DNA of 52,434 nt from Bacteroidales bacterium (GTDB taxonomy: Bacteria > Bacteroidota > Bacteroidia > Bacteroidales > ML635J-15), in assembly GCA_023228725.1 (NCBI GenBank), contig JALOAQ010000002.1:1-52434 (forward strand), written 5' to 3'. Positions 34,496 through 43,783 of this stretch are shown one piece after another. The notes beneath the pieces are model-generated. The model searched no databases and was not told the DNA's origin. It saw nothing but the letters and a program-made list of their open reading frames with translations. Each line of letters begins with the position of its first letter. Positions within the stretch are counted from its first letter, which is position 1. Made by a program: the position numbers and the translations under genes.

Positions 34496-37288
34496 TTAAT
34501 TTTTAATTATTTCTATTTCCTCTTCATTTAATCCATACAGTTCAAAAATTATCTTATTTATTTTTTCTTCAATATATTTAATTCTATTTTCTGTTAATTC
34601 AATTTGGTTGGGTAAGTTTAAATCTTTTTTGTCTTTATTTAGTTGGATAATTTGACTTACTAATTTTTCTATTTCCTGATTTTTAGTTTTATTTACTTGT
34701 TGTGGAATTGGTAATTCTTTAAGTTGTGCAATTCTGATTTTAGGAAAAATATTTGTTTCGGGCGAAATAAATTGTTTAAAATAAAATTTGAATAAGGAAG
34801 AATTTATAATAGCAAGAATTAATTCTGCCGAATAATTTTTGTTTATTATTCTTGTATTGTAAATACTTCGTGTTGTGATTAAATGATCGTAATCAATATT
34901 AGCAAAAAATTTATTTCCTGTTTCGCGTACAATGATTTTCGGCGACTTAAATATTTCATCTTTTTTTGAAAATACTTTGTAAGTTTTTTCATCTATAAAC
35001 TTCCCATCTTTTGTTGTATAAACATCAATATTTCCGCCTACTAAACATTTTATATTGCCAATATCATTTAGTTTATTTCTACCAATTTCCAAGCCTCTTT
35101 TTGTTTCTGAAATTGTGCCAAGTGGAATTGTTTTGATTTTATTAAAATATTTAAAATTTTCATTTATAAAAAAGTCTTTTTTTCTATTATTTTTTCCTTT
35201 TTTGATTAAAATAATGCAAGTTGGCATTTTTACATTTTTAAAAACTTTATCGCCTTGTTCCTTTATAATTACATTTTTCGAATGAATATTTACAATATTT
35301 CTAAGACTTTGATAACGCACTCCTTTTAAGAATAAACTAGGAAGTATGAAACCTAAGTCATTTTCTTGTTTTAAAAGTTTTAAACTTTGTTCAATAAACA
35401 TAGAATAAAGGTCATTATTTGCTTTAAATTTTTTACTCAAATATTTATGACTTGCTTTATCTATAACAGAAGTTTGAACATAAGGTGGATTTCCTATTAT
35501 CACATCAAAACCTCCGTTAAGTTCGTAATTTGGTTCAGATTCTGATACTTTATTTATCTTCTCTTCCATTTCTGTTGCATAGTCCAAAGCTTTTTGAGCG
35601 TGGTGTTTGGTTTTTTTTATTAAACTTTCTAAATCTTCTTTTTTTTCTTTTAGTATTTTTCTGTTAAATACTTCCGGAAATGATTTTTCCCAGCTAAATG
35701 GTTTAATTTTTCTTTCTTCTCCAAAATCTAATTCATTTTCGTAATAATCTAAGTCAATTAAAGAATTTCCACATTTTATATTGTTGTCAAGTGTAGGTAA
35801 AACTCTATCTTGAAAAAGTTTCAATTCTGTTTCTATTGTAGCTTTTGTCTCGCCTTCCATACATTTTAGCAGAAGAGAAAGTTTGGTAACTTCCACAGCA
35901 TTATTGTCTAAATCTACTCCATAAATATTATTCAGTAAAATTCGTTTTTTTTCTGCTGTTGTAAGCTCTCCAAGAGGTGTCAAAGGATTATTTTTTTCTC
36001 CTTTGCTTATTTTTCCTTTATTAGAGTAATAATCTTTATGCCAATCTAATAAAAACTGGTATGCGCCAATTAAAAAGCTTCCACTACCACAAGCGGGATC
36101 ACAAATTTTAATATCAGTTACATCTTTTGGTGTTTTGCCTTGTATTATTTTTCCAATAGTATTTTCGACTATATAATCAACAATATATTGAGGCGTGTAA
36201 TAAACCCCGCCGGCTTTTCTAACTTCCGGTTTTTCTTGTATTCTTGCACGGCCAGTTTTAGTTAATGAAATTTTTTTTCCTAGAAATTGTTCATAAGCAC
36301 TTCCTAAAATTTCTACAGGCAAAACAGAAAATTCATAAGGACAAATAGGATAATATAATTCTGAAATAATTTCTTTAATAATTTTATTGTCAATTATAAT
36401 TTTAGTACTTATATTGTCTTTTTCAAAATCAAATAATCCCGAATTGTATTTTTGGTTTGCCCTATTAAAACGGTAAATTAAGTTATTGTAAAAATTTCCT
36501 TTTATTATATCTGTTTTTAAATCTCCGTAAGGTTCAACGCTACGGTCTTCTGCTATTCTTAAAAATATTATTCTGTCAATTGTGTTTTGCACAATAAAAT
36601 TTAACTCTTCTTCTCCAATATTTTTATTTCTAAGTGCAATATTCATTGCTAAATCAACACGCCATTTGTCTATAGATTTTAAAAATTCATTATCTACGCT
36701 TGATGTTCCTTGTTTATTTTTATACTTGGCAATAAATTTATCAAAACTACCTTTTAAAACATTTTCTTTGCTAAAAGTATCCCAAATAAAGTCAAATTCT
36801 ATGATGTAATCAGTGTATTGTAAATATTTAATTCTAGAATTGCTTGCTTTATCAGTAGGTTTTGGTTTTACTGTGCAGTCGTATATAGAAAATTCTTCAA
36901 AATCTGTAATTATTGAAATTGGCATTTTTGCACTCCAACCGTATCGCCTTATTTGATAAGCCGGATTTATATCTTCTTTTATATCAATGCTTGGCTTTTT
37001 AGCTTCTAAAAAAAATAAACGTTTTCCACCTACTAACCGAAAAGAATAATCAGGAGCTTTTGTTGCAGTTCCAACTTTTAGCCTGTCTTCGTGAATAACT
37101 TCTCTATAACTTTCTGCATAAGCGTTTTCATTATCAACATCCCAACCCAAAGCTTTAAAAAAAGGGTCTATAAAATCTATTCTTGTTTGAGTTTCATTAT
37201 AATCTGCCTGTTTGTAAAATTCTTTTTGCTCATCAAATTTTTTTACTAAGCTTTTTATCTTTTTTAATGCTTTTTCTTTTGTTTGCAT
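34496..37288 (-). CDS. Type IIG restriction-modification enzyme (N-terminal PD-(D/E)xK nuclease, gamma-class N6-adenine methyltransferase, C-terminal TRD)
   Basis: Nuclease-like PDYSF...FLEAKKP, SAM motif I DPACGSGSFL and motif IV IIGNPPYV. The large C-terminal region looks like a TaqI/Eco57I-type specificity domain. The ATG at 37288 is preferred because the TTG at 37333 lies inside a -7 box. Confidence 0.8.
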   Translation of the reverse strand: MQTKEKALKKIKSLVKKFDEQKEFYKQADYNETQTRIDFIDPFFKALGWDVDNENAYAESYREVIHEDRLKVGTATKAPDYSFRLVGGKRLFFLEAKKPSIDIKEDINPAYQIRRYGWSAKMPISIITDFEEFSIYDCTVKPKPTDKASNSRIKYLQYTDYIIEFDFIWDTFSKENVLKGSFDKFIAKYKNKQGTSSVDNEFLKSIDKWRVDLAMNIALRNKNIGEEELNFIVQNTIDRIIFLRIAEDRSVEPYGDLKTDIIKGNFYNNLIYRFNRANQKYNSGLFDFEKDNISTKIIIDNKIIKEIISELYYPICPYEFSVLPVEILGSAYEQFLGKKISLTKTGRARIQEKPEVRKAGGVYYTPQYIVDYIVENTIGKIIQGKTPKDVTDIKICDPACGSGSFLIGAYQFLLDWHKDYYSNKGKISKGEKNNPLTPLGELTTAEKKRILLNNIYGVDLDNNAVEVTKLSLLLKCMEGETKATIETELKLFQDRVLPTLDNNIKCGNSLIDLDYYENELDFGEERKIKPFSWEKSFPEVFNRKILKEKKEDLESLIKKTKHHAQKALDYATEMEEKINKVSESEPNYELNGGFDVIIGNPPYVQTSVIDKASHKYLSKKFKANNDLYSMFIEQSLKLLKQENDLGFILPSLFLKGVRYQSLRNIVNIHSKNVIIKEQGDKVFKNVKMPTCIILIKKGKNNRKKDFFINENFKYFNKIKTIPLGTISETKRGLEIGRNKLNDIGNIKCLVGGNIDVYTTKDGKFIDEKTYKVFSKKDEIFKSPKIIVRETGNKFFANIDYDHLITTRSIYNTRIINKNYSAELILAIINSSLFKFYFKQFISPETNIFPKIRIAQLKELPIPQQVNKTKNQEIEKLVSQIIQLNKDKKDLNLPNQIELTENRIKYIEEKINKIIFELYGLNEEEIEIIKN

Positions 37289-37330
37289 AAGATTGAACAA
37301 TTTACAGATATTTTGGTTTAAATTTTCTTT

Positions 37331-37338
37331 CAAAGATA
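37331..37338 (-). promoter_or_regulatory. -7 promoter box TATCTTTG (minus strand) for the type IIG gene
   Basis: The reverse complement of CAAAGATA matches TAnnTTTG, about 40 nt upstream of the ATG at 37288. Confidence 0.4.
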
Positions 37339-37390
37339 AGTATTAATTTTTTAATATTTGATTTTTGCTCAAACATTATTAAAAAAGTTT

Positions 37391-37398
37391 TACTTTTG
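37391..37398 (+). promoter_or_regulatory. -7 promoter box TACTTTTG
   Basis: Exact TAnnTTTG match 17 nt upstream of the TTG start at 37416. Confidence 0.45.
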
Positions 37399-37415
37399 TA
37401 CTTTAAAAGAATACA

Positions 37416-38390
37416 TTGAAGAGTTTTAAAGAAATATCAAAAAATATTGGTGCTGACCTTGATAATTTTGAGGTTTTATTGGAAAAGCTCTTTATTGATG
37501 AAGACGAAATTTTATTAAATATCTTAGATTTTATTTTTAAAACAAAGGGTAAAAGAATAAGACCAATTTTAGTTTATTTGTTTGCAAGATTATTTGGCTC
37601 ACCTAACTCTACAAGCGATGATGCAGCGATGTTAGTTGAATTAATGCATACTGCAACTTTACTTCATGATGATGTGATTGATGAGGCTGTATTGCGTAGA
37701 AGTGTTGAAACTGTTAATAAAAAGTGGGGCGATAAAACTGCAATTTTAGTTGGAGATTATCTTTTTGCAAAAGCCATGAAAATTGCAACAGAACATCAAG
37801 AATATAATTTATTTGATATTATTACTCCTGCTGTCCTTTCTCTTAGCCTTGGCGAATTGCAACAAATGACTAATTCTCAAAATTTTGAGATTAATGAAGA
37901 TAAATATTTTGATGTAATTAATAATAAAACAGCTTCATTACTTTCTGCTTGTTGTAAAGCCGGCGCTTATTCAACAACTAAAAATGAAAAATTTATTAAT
38001 AAGGCCGAAGAGTTTGGAAAAATTTTAGGTATTATTTTTCAAATTAAAGATGATATTTTAGATTATGTTGGTAATGAAAGCACAGGTAAAGAAAATGGAA
38101 TAGATATAAAGGAAGGAAAAATCACTTTGCCACTAATTCGTGCTTATCAAAATATGTCAGATACTGATAGAACACAGTTAAAAGAATTGTGGTTTCAAGC
38201 TTTTGATAATTCTAAATTAAGAAAAGATATTATAAAACTTACAATTAAAAATTCCGGAATAAAAGCTGCAGAAAAAGATATGCAGACTTATAAACAACAA
38301 GCAGTGATTATTTTAAAAGAATTTCCTAAATCTCCCGCAAGAGATGCTCTAAGCGAATTATTAGATTATATTATTGAAAGAGATAAATAA
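37416..38390 (+). CDS. ispB: Long-chain polyprenyl diphosphate synthase (IspB-like)
   Basis: First and second Asp-rich motifs LLHDDVIDEA and FQIKDDILD. About 324 aa. Confidence 0.85.
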   Translation: MKSFKEISKNIGADLDNFEVLLEKLFIDEDEILLNILDFIFKTKGKRIRPILVYLFARLFGSPNSTSDDAAMLVELMHTATLLHDDVIDEAVLRRSVETVNKKWGDKTAILVGDYLFAKAMKIATEHQEYNLFDIITPAVLSLSLGELQQMTNSQNFEINEDKYFDVINNKTASLLSACCKAGAYSTTKNEKFINKAEEFGKILGIIFQIKDDILDYVGNESTGKENGIDIKEGKITLPLIRAYQNMSDTDRTQLKELWFQAFDNSKLRKDIIKLTIKNSGIKAAEKDMQTYKQQAVIILKEFPKSPARDALSELLDYIIERDK

Positions 38391-38394
38391 TTGT

Positions 38395-39273
38395 TTAAAA
38401 ATAAGCTTTAAAATCTGTTTTATTATCAAATCTTAAAATGTCTTTAAGTAAATTATTTGCTAATCTTGAAGCTCCTAATCTGAATAGATTATTATTTAAC
38501 CATTCTTGCCCAAGTACTTCATTTACAATAAGATAATACATAAGTGCATCTTCTGAAATTGTCATTCCTCCACTTGGTTTTATACCTACTTTTCTGCCTG
38601 TTTCCAAATAATAAGTTTTAATAGCTGAACACATTGTATAAACCGCTTCCGGTGTCGCTGAAACAAGAGTTTTTCCTGTTGATGTTTTAATAAAATCTGC
38701 TCCTGCTTGCATTGATAACATAGAAGCTAAAAATATATTTTCTAATGATTTTAATTCTCCTGTTTCTAATATAAGTTTTAAATGTGCATCTTTAATTGCA
38801 GATTTTATAATTTTTATTTCATAAGCTAATTTTTCTAAATCTTTTTCAAAAAAAGTTCCGAGAGATAAAACTATATCTATTTCATCAGCTCCTTTTTCAA
38901 CAGTTAAATCACATTCTGCCGCTTTTACTGATAAAAATGTTTGAGAAGCCGGAAATCCTGCTCCAACAGCTGCAATTTTCACAGATTTATCTTTTAAATT
39001 CTCTTTTACTGTTGGAATTAATGCAGGATACACACAAATTGCTGCAACATTTTTATATTTTGGAAATTCATTTGCAAAATTATTGACTTTTTCTGTCATT
39101 TCTTTAATTTTGCTTACTGTATCTGTTGAGTTTAAGCTAGTTAGGTCTATTAAATTTAAAATATCTATTAAAATATTTTTTCTTTTATAATCATTTATTT
39201 TAGATATTATTTCAGAAATTTTTGCATTTACTAGTTTTTCTGAAGGTGTTAGTTTAATGTAAGGATTTTCCAT
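38395..39273 (-). CDS. deoC: Deoxyribose-phosphate aldolase (long form)
   Basis: TIM-barrel pattern with ADEIDIV and the Schiff-base motif FIKTSTGK. Confidence 0.8.
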   Translation of the reverse strand: MENPYIKLTPSEKLVNAKISEIISKINDYKRKNILIDILNLIDLTSLNSTDTVSKIKEMTEKVNNFANEFPKYKNVAAICVYPALIPTVKENLKDKSVKIAAVGAGFPASQTFLSVKAAECDLTVEKGADEIDIVLSLGTFFEKDLEKLAYEIKIIKSAIKDAHLKLILETGELKSLENIFLASMLSMQAGADFIKTSTGKTLVSATPEAVYTMCSAIKTYYLETGRKVGIKPSGGMTISEDALMYYLIVNEVLGQEWLNNNLFRLGASRLANNLLKDILRFDNKTDFKAYF

Positions 39274-39274
39274 A

Positions 39275-39598
39275 TTATTTTAGTTTTAAGTTATTTTTAT
39301 GTCTTGAATTATCTCTTATTGTTTTTTTCTTTATATTTTTCTCAAAAGCTCTTGTTAAGTCTATTCCAGTTTGATTTGCAATAGCTATTAAAACCCATAA
39401 TACGTCAGCAATTTCATCTTCTAAATTTAGAATTTCATTTTCTTTTTTTGATTGTTCGCCATATTCTCTTGCTATTACTCTGGCCATCTCGCCAACTTCT
39501 TCTGTAAGAATAATCATATTTGTTTTTACATCAAAATATTTTACACCGTATTCTGTTATCCATTGATTTACAATATTTTGAGCTTGTTTAATTTTCAT
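39275..39598 (-). CDS. MazG-like nucleotide pyrophosphohydrolase (single domain)
   Basis: EEVGEMARVI...EDEIADVLW is an EExxE...ExxD metal-binding pattern. 107 aa. Confidence 0.75.
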   Translation of the reverse strand: MKIKQAQNIVNQWITEYGVKYFDVKTNMIILTEEVGEMARVIAREYGEQSKKENEILNLEDEIADVLWVLIAIANQTGIDLTRAFEKNIKKKTIRDNSRHKNNLKLK

Positions 39599-39663
39599 TT
39601 ATATTAATTTTGCTTGTACATTAAATAAATTTTCTTCATACAAAATTTTAGCATCGCTTGTGC

Positions 39664-39671
39664 AAAGATAA
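39664..39671 (-). promoter_or_regulatory. -7 promoter box TATCTTTG (minus strand) upstream of the mazG-like gene
   Basis: The reverse complement of CAAAGATA matches TAnnTTTG, about 65 nt upstream of the ATG at 39598. Confidence 0.4.
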
Positions 39672-39689
39672 TAAATTCTTGGTTCTAAT

Positions 39690-40142
39690 TTATTTTTTAT
39701 TTTTTGTATCTATTATAATTGTTACCGGTCCATCATTTATTAGCTCTATTTTCATATCTGCACCAAAAACACCTGATTTTACTTTCTTGTTTAAATCTTC
39801 CTCAATTTTGCCAATAAATTTTTCATAAAGCGGAATTGCTATTTCAGGTTTTGCAGCTTCAATATACGATGGTCTGTTTCCTTTTTTTGTTTTTGCATGT
39901 AATGTAAATTGACTTACAATTAAAATTTCTGCGTTTTCCTCTAAACAGCTTTTATTCATTACTCCGTTTTCGTCATTAAAAATTCTTAGGTTTACTATTT
40001 TTGGACTTAACCAATTTATATCTTCAATATTGTCATCATGTGTTATTCCTAAAAAAATTAGTAGGCCTTTTTCTATTTGTGAATGATTTTCTGAATTTAT
40101 TTTCACTATTGCTTTCTCTACTCTTTGAATTATTGCTATCAT
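39690..40142 (-). CDS. dtd: D-aminoacyl-tRNA deacylase
   Basis: MIAIIQRV N-terminus, SQFTL and NDGPVT motifs. 150 aa. Confidence 0.9.
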   Translation of the reverse strand: MIAIIQRVEKAIVKINSENHSQIEKGLLIFLGITHDDNIEDINWLSPKIVNLRIFNDENGVMNKSCLEENAEILIVSQFTLHAKTKKGNRPSYIEAAKPEIAIPLYEKFIGKIEEDLNKKVKSGVFGADMKIELINDGPVTIIIDTKNKK

Positions 40143-40182
40143 ATTTTGTACCTAATCTATTGACACTTAGTTAATTATAATT

Positions 40183-40198
40183 TGTTCCACGTGGAACA
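40183..40198. repeat. Perfect 16-bp palindrome TGTTCCACGTGGAACA (copy 1)
   Basis: Self-complementary. Located between the ade stop (40200) and the dtd start (40142). Confidence 0.8.
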
Positions 40199-40199
40199 T

Positions 40200-41837
40200 T
40201 CACACAAAAAGTTCTGTAAAATCAAATTTTTCCACATCAAAAAGCCCTTTATCTCCTATTTTTAGTTTTGGAATTACTAAAAGAGCCATAAAAGACAAAG
40301 TCATAAATGGTGCAGTAAGAACTGAACCATTGGCTTTTATGATTTTATTTAACGTTTCATATTTTTCTGCCACAAGTTCTGGATTGTTTTGTGTCATAAG
40401 TCCTGCAAACTCTAAACTTAATGTATAAAAATCTTTTTCCTTGACATAAGTTAATCCGCCCTTATTTTCTATTATTTCATTTATTGCATCGCAAATTTCT
40501 TTATCTGAACAACCAACGGCTATAATATTATGACTGTCATGCGCCACAGAACTCGCTATTGCACCATGTCTTAATCCAAAACCTGAAATAAATCCTACTT
40601 GTGGTTTTGAAACTTTTTCATATCTATTATATACTACAATTTTTAAAACATCTTTTTCTATATCAGCAACTAAATTATTATTTTCAATTTTGGGCAAACA
40701 AATTTTTTCCTTTGTAATTAATTCTTTATCTATTACTTCAATAACTTTTATTTTTTTGTTTTGATTTTCAATTTTAATTTCTTCAACAGAAATTTTATCT
40801 GCATTAAATTTGTTTATTGGTTTTACATTTTTAGTGTTAAATAAAATTCTGTTATTTGAATAAACTGTTTCTCCGTTAATAATTGTTTCTAAAATATTAA
40901 AATCCTTTAAATTGTCCACTATGATCAAATCAGCAAAATCATTTTCTCGTAAAAGCCCAACAGGTAATTTATAATGTAAAACCGGATTAAGAGAAGCAGA
41001 AATTAATAGGTCGAAAATGTCAATATTTTGCTTTATTCCCATTTTCAATATTTTGTTTATATGCCCGTATTTTATCAGGTCGTCAGGGTGAGAGTCGTCT
41101 GTGCAAAGCATTACCATAGTATTGAATTTGGAAATTAGTGGAAAAAGTTCATCAAAATTCTTAGCTGCTGACCCTTCACGTATTAAAATTTTCATTCCTA
41201 AGTTAATTTTTTCTATGGCTTCTTCAATTGAAGAACATTCGTGGTCTGTACTTATTCCTGCATTAACATATTTTTCTAAATCTTTACCAAAAACTCCTGG
41301 AATATGTCCATCTATAATAGCATTATGTTTTTTTGCTATTTCTAATTTTTTTAATACGTTTTTATCTTCAAAAATAACTCCTGGATAATTCATCATTTCT
41401 CCTAAAACCAAAAGTTTATGTTTAGCGAAAAGTTCATATATATCTTTATAATTTAGTTCTGCTCCTGAGCTTTCAAAACTTGTTGCTGGCACACAAGAAG
41501 GAACAGAGTAAAAGGTTTTTAAGGGAGTATTTTTAGAATTTTCTATCATAAATTCAACGCCTTCTTTTCCCATAACATTTGCTATTTCGTGCGGATCTGT
41601 TACTACTGCTACTGTTCCATTTTTTATTGCTAATTTTGCAAATTCTTGTGGAATTAACATTGAGCTTTCAATATGCACATGTGAGTCAATTAGTCCTGGG
41701 AGTATGTAAAAATCGCTTGAAGTTTGCTTTTCTTTTATTTCTATAATTTTCTTATTTTTTATAATTACCTCTCCTTTAATTATTTTTCTATTGAATAAAT
41801 CAACAATATTTCCTTCAAATTTTCTCATAATTGTCAT
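40200..41837 (-). CDS. ade: Adenine deaminase
   Basis: Amidohydrolase metal motif IDSHVHIESS, about 545 aa with the adenine-deaminase C-terminal domain. Confidence 0.85.
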   Translation of the reverse strand: MTIMRKFEGNIVDLFNRKIIKGEVIIKNKKIIEIKEKQTSSDFYILPGLIDSHVHIESSMLIPQEFAKLAIKNGTVAVVTDPHEIANVMGKEGVEFMIENSKNTPLKTFYSVPSCVPATSFESSGAELNYKDIYELFAKHKLLVLGEMMNYPGVIFEDKNVLKKLEIAKKHNAIIDGHIPGVFGKDLEKYVNAGISTDHECSSIEEAIEKINLGMKILIREGSAAKNFDELFPLISKFNTMVMLCTDDSHPDDLIKYGHINKILKMGIKQNIDIFDLLISASLNPVLHYKLPVGLLRENDFADLIIVDNLKDFNILETIINGETVYSNNRILFNTKNVKPINKFNADKISVEEIKIENQNKKIKVIEVIDKELITKEKICLPKIENNNLVADIEKDVLKIVVYNRYEKVSKPQVGFISGFGLRHGAIASSVAHDSHNIIAVGCSDKEICDAINEIIENKGGLTYVKEKDFYTLSLEFAGLMTQNNPELVAEKYETLNKIIKANGSVLTAPFMTLSFMALLVIPKLKIGDKGLFDVEKFDFTELFV

Positions 41838-41860
41838 TTCTTTTTTAAAGTTTTACTTTA

Positions 41861-41880
41861 ATTGTTCCACGTGGAACAAT
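41861..41880. repeat. Perfect 20-bp palindrome ATTGTTCCACGTGGAACAAT (copy 2)
   Basis: Self-complementary. Located between the mnmG stop (41883) and the ade start (41837). Confidence 0.8.
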
Positions 41881-41882
41881 TT

Positions 41883-43760
41883 TTATCTACCCATAAAAAC
41901 CAATAATACACTTATATCTGAAGGCGACACACCTGAAATTCTTGATGCTTGACCTATAGTTTTTGGTTTTATTTTAATTAATTTTTCTCTTGCTTCTGTG
42001 GAAAGAGATTTTAAGTTTTCGTAATTAATTTTATCCGATATTTTTATATCTTCTAGTCTTTTTAATTTATCTGCTAATAATTTTTCTCTTTCAATATAAC
42101 CTGAATATTTAACTAAAATTTCTGCTGAATCCATATATTCTTCAGCTCTATCTCCGTATGATTTTAATAGTTCTAATAATTTTGGAAAAATATTAATAAT
42201 GTCCTTAGTCTTTATTTGTGGACGAGTTAATATTGAGTTTAATTTTATAGCTTGTTTTAATTCCGAAGCTCCACGTTCTTTTAAAATAGGATTTAGTTTT
42301 TCAGGCTTACAAGTTTGTTTTGAGTAAAAAGCAAGTAGTTCATCTCGTTTATTAACTTTATTTAGCATAATTTCAAACCTCTCATCTTTTGCCAAACCAA
42401 TTTTATGAGATAATTCAGTAAGCCTAATATCTGCATTGTCTTGACGCAATAAAATTCTAAATTCTGCTCTTGAAGTAAACATTCTATAAGGCTCGTCCAC
42501 CCCTTTTGTAACTAAGTCATCAATTAAAACACCTATATAAGCTTGGTCTCTATTTAAAGTAAATTCTGGTTTCTCATTATTTTTTAAATGAGCATTTATT
42601 GCGGCTATCATTCCTTGAGCTCCTGCTTCTTCATAGCCTGTAGTACCGTTTATTTGACCAGCAAAATATAAGTTTTCAATATTTTTTGTTTCCAAAGTAT
42701 TATGTAATTGGGTAGGGTGGAAAAAATCGTATTCAATAGCATAGCCTGGTCTAAATACCTTTACATTTTCAAAACCTTTTACTTTTCGTAAAGATTGAAT
42801 TTGTACTTCCCAAGCCAATGAAGAAGAAAAACCATTCAAATAATATTCTATAGTTGTTTCACCTTCTGGCTCCAAAAATAGTTGATGTCTATCCTTATCA
42901 GGAAAAGTTACAAGTTTCGTTTCAATACTTGGGCAATATCTAGGACCAATACTTTGAATTGTGCCGTCATAAAGTGGAGAGTCGTCTAAACCAGTTCGTA
43001 TTGAGTCGTGAACAATTTCATCAGTATATCCAACATAACAAGCCCTTTGTTTTAAAAATGTTTGATTATAATTATGTAAATAAGAAAACGGGATTATTTG
43101 CTCGTCTCCTTTTTGGATTTGTAATTTTGAAAAATCTACAGTTCTTCCATCAATTCTCATTGGAGTTCCTGTCTTCATTCTGTCTGCTGTAAAACCCATA
43201 GAAGTTAAACATTCTGTAATTCCATATGACGCTGGTTCAGAAATTCTGCCACCTTTTAATTGAGTATGTCCTATATGCATCAAACCATTTAAAAATGTTC
43301 CAACAGTAAGTATAACGGATTTAGCTAGAAACTTTATTCCCATTTCTGTTTTTACGCCAATAACTTTATAATTTTCTACTAAAATTTCATTTACAGAATC
43401 TTGCCAAAAATCTATATTTTCAATTTTTTCAAGAACATTTCTCCATTCAGCACTGAAAACCATTCTATCGCATTGTGCACGTGGACTCCACATTGCCGGA
43501 CCTTTTGACATATTTAACATTCTATATTGAATCATTGACTTGTCGGTAATGATTCCGGAATATCCACCCATAGCATCCAATTCTTTAACTATTTGTCCTT
43601 TTGCAACGCCTCCCATAGCCGGGTTGCAAGACATTTGTGCAATTTTGTTCATGTCTATGGTAATTAGTAGAACTTTACTTCCCAAATTTGCCGCCGCCGC
43701 TGCAGCTTCACAACCAGCATGACCAGCTCCTACTACTATTACATCATATTTTTGAGTCAT
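41883..43760 (-). CDS. mnmG: tRNA uridine 5-carboxymethylaminomethyl modification enzyme MnmG (GidA)
   Basis: FAD motif [14 protein letters not shown], about 625 aa, [16 protein letters not shown]-type motif. Confidence 0.95.
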   Translation of the reverse strand: MTQKYDVIVVGAGHAGCEAAAAAANLGSKVLLITIDMNKIAQMSCNPAMGGVAKGQIVKELDAMGGYSGIITDKSMIQYRMLNMSKGPAMWSPRAQCDRMVFSAEWRNVLEKIENIDFWQDSVNEILVENYKVIGVKTEMGIKFLAKSVILTVGTFLNGLMHIGHTQLKGGRISEPASYGITECLTSMGFTADRMKTGTPMRIDGRTVDFSKLQIQKGDEQIIPFSYLHNYNQTFLKQRACYVGYTDEIVHDSIRTGLDDSPLYDGTIQSIGPRYCPSIETKLVTFPDKDRHQLFLEPEGETTIEYYLNGFSSSLAWEVQIQSLRKVKGFENVKVFRPGYAIEYDFFHPTQLHNTLETKNIENLYFAGQINGTTGYEEAGAQGMIAAINAHLKNNEKPEFTLNRDQAYIGVLIDDLVTKGVDEPYRMFTSRAEFRILLRQDNADIRLTELSHKIGLAKDERFEIMLNKVNKRDELLAFYSKQTCKPEKLNPILKERGASELKQAIKLNSILTRPQIKTKDIINIFPKLLELLKSYGDRAEEYMDSAEILVKYSGYIEREKLLADKLKRLEDIKISDKINYENLKSLSTEAREKLIKIKPKTIGQASRISGVSPSDISVLLVFMGR

Positions 43761-43783
43761 TTGTAAATTTTTTACAAAAATAG

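Noticed and set aside
33900-37333. queD next to the type IIG enzyme as part of a 7-deazaguanine (Dpd-like) DNA-modification defence island
   Set aside because: No dpdA/tgt-like, queC, queE or folE genes are adjacent. queD sits in a housekeeping context with an M15 peptidase and birA. The adjacency is most simply explained by insertion of the R-M gene beside a housekeeping queD.
40183-41880. The CACGTG palindromes as rho-independent terminators
   Set aside because: Neither copy is followed by a T/U run in the transcription direction of the minus-strand genes, and the hairpin would have only a 4-nt ACGT loop. They are therefore kept as a finding of unknown function rather than annotated as terminators.
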